DNA from: Gammaproteobacteria bacterium
Lineage (GTDB): Bacteria > Pseudomonadota > Gammaproteobacteria > Eutrophobiales > Eutrophobiaceae
Assembly: GCA_963422205.2 (NCBI GenBank)
Contig: CAXMWX010000012.1
Span: 64,001-128,000 of the forward strand
Direction of reading: 5' to 3'
DNA: 64,000 nucleotides
Within the stretch, counting starts at the first letter, position 1; each line of letters starts with the position of its first letter. Below the pieces are notes generated by a model that saw only the letters and a program-made list of their open reading frames with translations, was not told the DNA's origin and ran no database searches. Of the stretch, positions 58,264 to 64,000 are shown piece by piece. The translations under genes were made by a program, and so were the position numbers.

Positions 58264-60669
58264 ATGAAACACCTTACTCGAAAAAAATCGTTTATTTTAT
58301 ACGTCTTGGTATACGTGTTGGCAGCGTTCAGTGTGCTGTTCGCAGGCGGGGTCAACACCGCCCTGGCGCAGCGATCGGCCCTCGTACTGGAGGAGGTCGT
58401 CGTGACCGCCCAAAGGCGTGAGGAGACGCTGTTGGAAGTGCCGTTGTCAATCACCGTATTCAGTGGCAAGTCGCTGGAAGAGGATGGCATCAGCAGCTTG
58501 CAGGACATCGGCAGCCAGACGCCGGGGCTGGTCTTCACCGCCTTTAGCGTTGGTCAACCGGAGATATCCATTCGCGGCATCTCCACCAAGGAGGACGGCG
58601 CCTCGGCGAACGATTCGACGGTGGTCTCTGTCGATGATGTCTACATCGCCGCACGCACCGCACAGGTGTTTGATATCTTTGATTTGGAGCGGGTGGAAGT
58701 GGTGCGCGGCCCGCAAGGCACCTTGTACGGCAAGAACTCCATCGGCGGCTCGATCAACTTCGTCACCTTAAAACCCTCGGATGAGAAGATCGCCCGCATC
58801 GCCCAGACCTTCGGCAATCACACCCGGCTGGATACCGGGGCCTTGTTAAGCGGCCCCTTATCTGACCAACTGGCGGCCAAGATAGCCTTCAGCCGCCGTG
58901 ATCACGATGGCTTTTTAAGGAATTTGTTAAACGGCGAGGAGCAGGGCGAGATGGAGACCTATGCCTGGCGCGCCCAGGCTCTCTGGACGCCAACGGCCGA
59001 GTGGGAATTGACAGCCACGCTGGATGGCGCCCATGATGATTTGGGGCAGTCCAATCGTGAGCCGATTGGCAGCCAGGGGCCCTTGCATGACTGCGGTTGT
59101 GCGGCCAACCCGGTGGCAGTCAACCAGGCATTGGGCGGTGCGGGCAGTGCCTTTGATACCCTGGCCGAGACCGAGGGCTTTACCAACCGGGAGGTATTCG
59201 GCGCCAGCCTCAAGAGCGCCTGGAATTTTGCTGACTGGGGATCGCTCATTGCCATTACCGCCTGGCGTACCAGCGACTTTGACTGGCTGGAGGATTCAGA
59301 AGGGCTGCCACCGACCGCAGCGCATGTTGATTTGCGTCCTGCCAGCCCGGCGGGCGGCCCGCCGCGTGATGTTGCCATCCTGACCGGCCCGGCCTCATCC
59401 GGCTTCTCGTTTGACGTGAACGATGCGGCAAGGGAGAAGACCGATCAATTCACGCAGGAGCTGCGGCTGATCTCCAGTGCCGATCAACCGCTGCGCTGGC
59501 TGGGTGGTTTTTTCTACAGCCATGAGGATATTGAACGCACTGAAACCTACAGCTTCACTGCGCTGGGTATCGGCCCGGAAAATGATCAGCAGCGCTCCGT
59601 GCAGGAAAACAAGACCAACAGCCTGGCCTTGTATGGGCAGGCACAATATGATGTGCTGGAACGGCTCACCGCCACCCTGGGGCTGCGTTATTCTTATGAG
59701 AAGAAAAAGGCCGGCATCGGTGCTGATAATCTCACCAATAACCCCAGCGCCATTTTACTGCGCGAAGCGCCTTTTCCCGACCCTGATAATGATGGTGTGC
59801 GCGATGGGCTGGTGCGGGCCGAGGCCAGTTTTAACAACGTATCGTGGCGCGTGGCGCTGGATTACGCCCTGCATGATGCGCTTATCCTGTTCACCAACAT
59901 CGCCACTGGCTTTAAGAGCGGCGGCTTCAGCGGTTCGGCCTCAACCGAAGAGCGCGCCACCACCCCTTTCCGGGAAGAGGAAGCCATCAGCTACGAGTTT
60001 GGCATGAAGTCACGCTGGCTGGATAATCGCCTGATGCTCAATATCAGCGGCTTTCTGGTGGATTATGATGACTTGCAGGTCACGCGCTTTTTCCAGCCCC
60101 AGGGCAATGCCTTCGGGGAATTCATCACCGAGAATGCGGGCAAGGCGAAGATCAACGGCATTGAGATTGATCTGGCCGCTGTCCCTGCCGAACATATTGA
60201 AATCGGCGGCAACTATGCCTACCTGGATGCAACTTTCAAGGACTTCACCGGCTCGCCTTCCGTGGCCGCTGACATGACAGTTATCGACCCGGGCACCTTC
60301 AACGGCAACCGCCTGCGTATCGCCCCCCGCCATGCGGCCAGCGGCTACATTCGGCTAAACCACCGCCTCGGCGATGGCAGCCCGCTTGATGGCAGCATCG
60401 ATAGTAAATTCAAGATCCGCTATCAGGGTAAGCTGTTCTTTGACCCGGATAACAACCCCATCAACGTCAGCCCCGGCCATACCATCCTCGATGCCTGGGT
60501 GGCCTATACCACCGGTGATGGGGCATGGCAGATCAAGCTATGGATGAGGAACATCACGAACAAGGAATACATCACCCACGGCTTCACCCAGCGTGGCAGC
60601 CGCATCGCCTTTGGCCTGTATGGCGAGCCAAGGACCTATGGTGCTACGGTGACCTATAACTTCTTTTGA
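58264..60669 (+). CDS. TonB-dependent receptor
   Basis: LEEVVVTAQRRE, EVVRGPQGTLYGKN, GFKSGG, terminal Phe. Confidence 0.95.
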   Translation: MKHLTRKKSFILYVLVYVLAAFSVLFAGGVNTALAQRSALVLEEVVVTAQRREETLLEVPLSITVFSGKSLEEDGISSLQDIGSQTPGLVFTAFSVGQPEISIRGISTKEDGASANDSTVVSVDDVYIAARTAQVFDIFDLERVEVVRGPQGTLYGKNSIGGSINFVTLKPSDEKIARIAQTFGNHTRLDTGALLSGPLSDQLAAKIAFSRRDHDGFLRNLLNGEEQGEMETYAWRAQALWTPTAEWELTATLDGAHDDLGQSNREPIGSQGPLHDCGCAANPVAVNQALGGAGSAFDTLAETEGFTNREVFGASLKSAWNFADWGSLIAITAWRTSDFDWLEDSEGLPPTAAHVDLRPASPAGGPPRDVAILTGPASSGFSFDVNDAAREKTDQFTQELRLISSADQPLRWLGGFFYSHEDIERTETYSFTALGIGPENDQQRSVQENKTNSLALYGQAQYDVLERLTATLGLRYSYEKKKAGIGADNLTNNPSAILLREAPFPDPDNDGVRDGLVRAEASFNNVSWRVALDYALHDALILFTNIATGFKSGGFSGSASTEERATTPFREEEAISYEFGMKSRWLDNRLMLNISGFLVDYDDLQVTRFFQPQGNAFGEFITENAGKAKINGIEIDLAAVPAEHIEIGGNYAYLDATFKDFTGSPSVAADMTVIDPGTFNGNRLRIAPRHAASGYIRLNHRLGDGSPLDGSIDSKFKIRYQGKLFFDPDNNPINVSPGHTILDAWVAYTTGDGAWQIKLWMRNITNKEYITHGFTQRGSRIAFGLYGEPRTYGATVTYNFF

Positions 60670-60806
60670 TGTCTTTATTAAGGAATATGACCCCTTACAG
60701 CCAGATGCAAGCGAGACTCACCCATGGCAGCCCAAAATAGCGGTTGAAAATATTACCGAAAATTGACAAGAATATAGCCTCATCCACTACAGCCTAAGGA
60801 TCGCTT

Positions 60807-61827
60807 ATGCAGTATGCTTTTTTAGGCCAGTCAGGCATGGCCCTCTCCCGCCTGGCCTTTGGTGCCATGACCTTTGGCACTCAAGATATGGTGCCTGGCG
60901 TGACCAACACCATCGATGTCAAGACCGCCGATACCATGGCGGCCATGGCGATGGATGCGGGCGTTAATCTGTTCGATACCACCGATCTCTACACAGGCGG
61001 TCAGTCAGAATAGATTCTCGGTGAGGTGCTTGGGAATAAACGCCCGGAGGTGCTGATTGCAACCAAGTGTGGTTTTCCTGGCAGTGACAACCTCAATAAC
61101 AGGGGCCTTTCCTATCACCATATTATGCGTTCTATCGAAGGCAGCCTGAAACGCTTGAAGACCGATTACATCGACCTGTTCTTTTTTCCATATCCCTGAT
61201 CCCTATACGCCATTGGAAGAGAGCCTGAGGGCGCTGGACGATGCCACCCGTGCCGGCAAGATCCGTTATGCAGGGCTTTCCAATCACTCGGCCTGGATGG
61301 TGCAAAAAGCCCTGGGGCTGCAACAGGCGGCGGGGTATGCGCCCGTGCAAATGACGCAGATGTACTACTCCCTGCTGGGGCGTGATCTGGATCAGGAATT
61401 TATCCCCTTCCTGAAAGATTCCGGCCTCGGCTTGATGGTATGGAGCCCGCTGGCCAGCGGTTATCTGACCGGCAAGTACACCGGTACTGAAGCCTCGGGC
61501 CGGCGCCAGAACTTTGCCTTCCCACCAGTCGATACCGAACAGGGCGACAAGGTGGTAGGCGTTCTGCGAGAGCTTGCTAATGCTAAGGGGGTGAGCCCGG
61601 CAGAGATCGCCCTGGCCTGATTGCTGACACGAGATTATATCAGCACCATCATCGTCGGTGCCAGTCGTGTTGACCAACTCAAGACCAACCTCAATGCGGT
61701 ATCGATTGAGCTCTCTGCCGAGGAAGCCGCCAAACTCGATGAGATGACGCAGCAGCCACCGAACTATCCCGCCTGGATGCTGCCCATGGGAAGCCATGAG
61801 AGATTGGAGCAAATCGGCCATCGCTAA
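60807..61827 (+). pseudogene. Aldo/keto reductase pseudogene
   Basis: LGQSG...FGAMTFG, FDT.D.Y, IATK, SLKRLKTDYIDL, WSPLASG; in-frame TAG 61011 and TGA 61618, frameshift ~61185. Confidence 0.85.
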
Positions 61828-61914
61828 CAAGGCGCTTGTCAGCGTGGCGGCGTACCGGCATCCTCAACTGATCGCACCTTAAATTCACTTAACAACACGC
61901 CGGGGAGTTACCTG

Positions 61915-62469
61915 ATGAAGCACCTGATGATGGGTTTATGCAGTTTGTTTTTAGCGGCTGCTGTGCTGGCCTCTGCAAGCGATGAGAAAACAGAGATTAT
62001 CGAGACCATTAACGCGATTGGCTTTTATGCCGACATGGGCGACTGGGACAAGGTCGCCGAGCAATTTCACCCGGACGGCGTTGTCATTGACTACACCTCC
62101 TACCAAAACGCCTCGGCAGGTACTGAAAAGGCCGGTGGCACCCGGATGCAACCGGCTCAGGTCGTTGCCGCCTGGCAAAGCGTGTTGCCCGGCTATGATC
62201 ACACCCGCCATGTGCAAAGCAACCACCTGGTCGATGTTGAAGGCGACAAGGCAACGGCTCTCTCCAGTATTCACGCAACGCACGTCCTGCCAAATGAGGC
62301 AGGTGAAGACTTCTGGATTTTCCTCGGTGATTACTACCATGAGTTAGAGAAGACGGAAGACGGCTGGAAAGTGACCCTGATGCGTGCCAACTTGCGTTCG
62401 CAGCTGGGCAACCCAAACCTGCCTGCCATGGCTACCGAGATCGTCAAATCCAGACAGGCTGCCGAATAG
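61915..62469 (+). CDS. Secreted NTF2/SnoaL-like protein
   Basis: Signal peptide; D.GDW, T.H..SNH.V.VEGD.A, G.Y..EL.KT.DGWK. Confidence 0.8.
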   Translation: MKHLMMGLCSLFLAAAVLASASDEKTEIIETINAIGFYADMGDWDKVAEQFHPDGVVIDYTSYQNASAGTEKAGGTRMQPAQVVAAWQSVLPGYDHTRHVQSNHLVDVEGDKATALSSIHATHVLPNEAGEDFWIFLGDYYHELEKTEDGWKVTLMRANLRSQLGNPNLPAMATEIVKSRQAAE

Positions 62470-62613
62470 TCAACATGCCCTGCTTGCCGAGTGCGGCTGT
62501 ATGTAATGACCTGGTTTATCACGGGCCGCCTGTTATAGTAGGCAGCCGGGTGTGTTGTTAAGACGCTGTGCGGACAGCATGCAAATGACGACTTTATATA
62601 ACCGAGGTGTGCC

Positions 62614-63079
62614 ATGATCAAGTTCAGGTTAAACGGTGAAGAGCAGGTTGTTGATGTTGAGGGATACCCCCCTGCTGTGGGTGATCAGAGAGAACTTCAA
62701 TCTGACCGGCACCAAATACGGCTGCGGTATCGCCCAGTGCGGCGCCTGCACGGTGCATCTCGATGGTGCGCCGGTGCGCTCCTGTTCCTTTCCGGTGTCG
62801 GCGGCTGAAGGCCGTGCCGTCACCACCATTGAGGGCATCAGCGCCGATGGCGCACATCCGGTGCAGCAGGCCTGGATCAAACATCAGGTTCCCCAGTGTG
62901 GCTACTGCCAATCCGGTCAGGTCATGGCGGCTGTGGCCCTGCTGGAGAACAACCCGGCCCCTACGGATGCGGACATTGCCGAACAGATGACCAATATCTG
63001 CCGTTGCGGTACCTACCAGAGAATTCGCAATGCGATTCATGAGGTGGCTGGCAACGCCGCCGAGGAGGCACAATCATGA
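62614..63079 (+). CDS. iorA: Isoquinoline 1-oxidoreductase-like alpha (2Fe-2S) subunit; one apparent frameshift
   Basis: DTPLLWV.RE, GTKYGCG..QCGACT, QCGYCQ, CRCG; one G missing in GAGGGATA ~62661. Confidence 0.82.
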
Positions 63080-64000
63080 ACACAAATACCGATCTTTCCC
63101 GTCGCCATTTCCTAAAAGCCATCGCCCTGTCAGGCGGCTCGCTGGCGCTGGGCGTGAATGTCGTCTCCTGTTCAAGTGACAGCGGGACAGACGCCCCGCC
63201 CGCCAGCCCCGGCGCTAAAGTATCAGAACCCGCCCAGATTAATGTCTGGATGCGGATAGACCCGGATGGCTCGGTGGTCTTTGTCAACCCCCATGCCGAA
63301 ATGGGACAGGGCAGCTGGAGCAGTCTGGCCATGATCTTTGCCGATGAGTTTGGCGCCGACTGGGACAATCTGACCATTGAATATGGCGGTATTCATCCCG
63401 AGTTTCGCTTAAACCCCTATGTGGAGGAAGTCTTTACCGCCGGCAGTTCGTCGGTGTCGGTGGGCTATGACATCATCAGAAAGGCCGCGGCGGCAGCACG
63501 GGAAGCCTTTATTCAGGCGGCCGCGACCTTGAGTGGCGCGGATGCAAACTCGCTGCAAATCGTGAACTCCCGAATCACCAGCCAGGATGGCGCCGTTGCT
63601 TATGATTTGGGCAGTCTCATTGAGCAGGTGCAGGCACAGCCGCTGCCCGAAGACCCGGTGCTGAAACCCGATTCAGCACTCAGCTACATCGGCAAGGGCA
63701 TTCCCTCCAAGGAAATTCCAGACAAGGTCGCGGGCAAAACCCGCTTTGGTATCGATTACTACCAGCCCGGTATGTTGATCGCCGTCCCCAAGGCCTCCCC
63801 GGTGCACGGCGGCAAGGTGCGTTCTTCCAATGCCGAGCAGGTGAAAACCCTGCCGGGGGTTGTTGATGTGGTGGCCATCCCGCATGGTCTCGCCGTGGTT
63901 GCCGACTCATTCTGGCATGCCAAAAAAGGCGTGGATGCACTGAAAATCGAGTTTGATGTCGATGCCGCTTCATTGGAAGTCAATGACGATTGGTTTTATC
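63076..64000 (+). CDS. iorB: Isoquinoline 1-oxidoreductase-like beta (molybdopterin) subunit, truncated by window end
   Basis: Tat signal SRRHFLK; EMGQG; TAGSSSV; KVAGK..FGID; ATGA overlap with alpha. Confidence 0.85.
   Translation, partial: MNTNTDLSRRHFLKAIALSGGSLALGVNVVSCSSDSGTDAPPASPGAKVSEPAQINVWMRIDPDGSVVFVNPHAEMGQGSWSSLAMIFADEFGADWDNLTIEYGGIHPEFRLNPYVEEVFTAGSSSVSVGYDIIRKAAAAAREAFIQAAATLSGADANSLQIVNSRITSQDGAVAYDLGSLIEQVQAQPLPEDPVLKPDSALSYIGKGIPSKEIPDKVAGKTRFGIDYYQPGMLIAVPKASPVHGGKVRSSNAEQVKTLPGVVDVVAIPHGLAVVADSFWHAKKGVDALKIEFDVDAASLEVNDDWFY

Noticed and set aside
60807-61827. Pyrrolysine/selenocysteine recoding of TAG and TGA in the AKR gene
   Set aside because: TGA replaces an expected Trp, the positions are non-catalytic, and the gene also has a frameshift; decay is simpler.

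Overview
GC-rich, probably gammaproteobacterial chromosome segment. Several single-base indels in short homopolymers suggest an incompletely polished long-read assembly. Layout: (1) 1-7.8 kb: end of a hisC-like gene, an archaic Csu-type chaperone-usher pilus cluster with simple repeats, and gloB. (2) 7.9-33.9 kb: a catabolic island with three Rieske oxygenase alpha subunits, ferredoxin, CoA ligase, acyl-CoA dehydrogenase, SDRs, an HMGCS-DUF35 fusion plus thiolase, an acoABC-like complex, a TonB receptor and a TetR regulator; a shared palindromic operator occurs at four sites. (3) 36.4-46 kb: a defence island. It holds a type III R-M system whose Mod carries a precise in-frame 327-bp GIY-YIG insert bounded by inverted repeats, an ABC-ATPase + PD-(D/E)XK pair between mod and res, a Panacea-type TA candidate and three orphan genes. 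(4) 46-58 kb: a surface glycan cluster with a KDN/sialic acid-like pathway and two genes out of frame at poly-G tracts. (5) tRNA-Pro(CGG), a TonB receptor, an aldo-keto reductase pseudogene and an iorAB-like oxidoreductase. All calls come from motif recognition by eye; no database searches were run.
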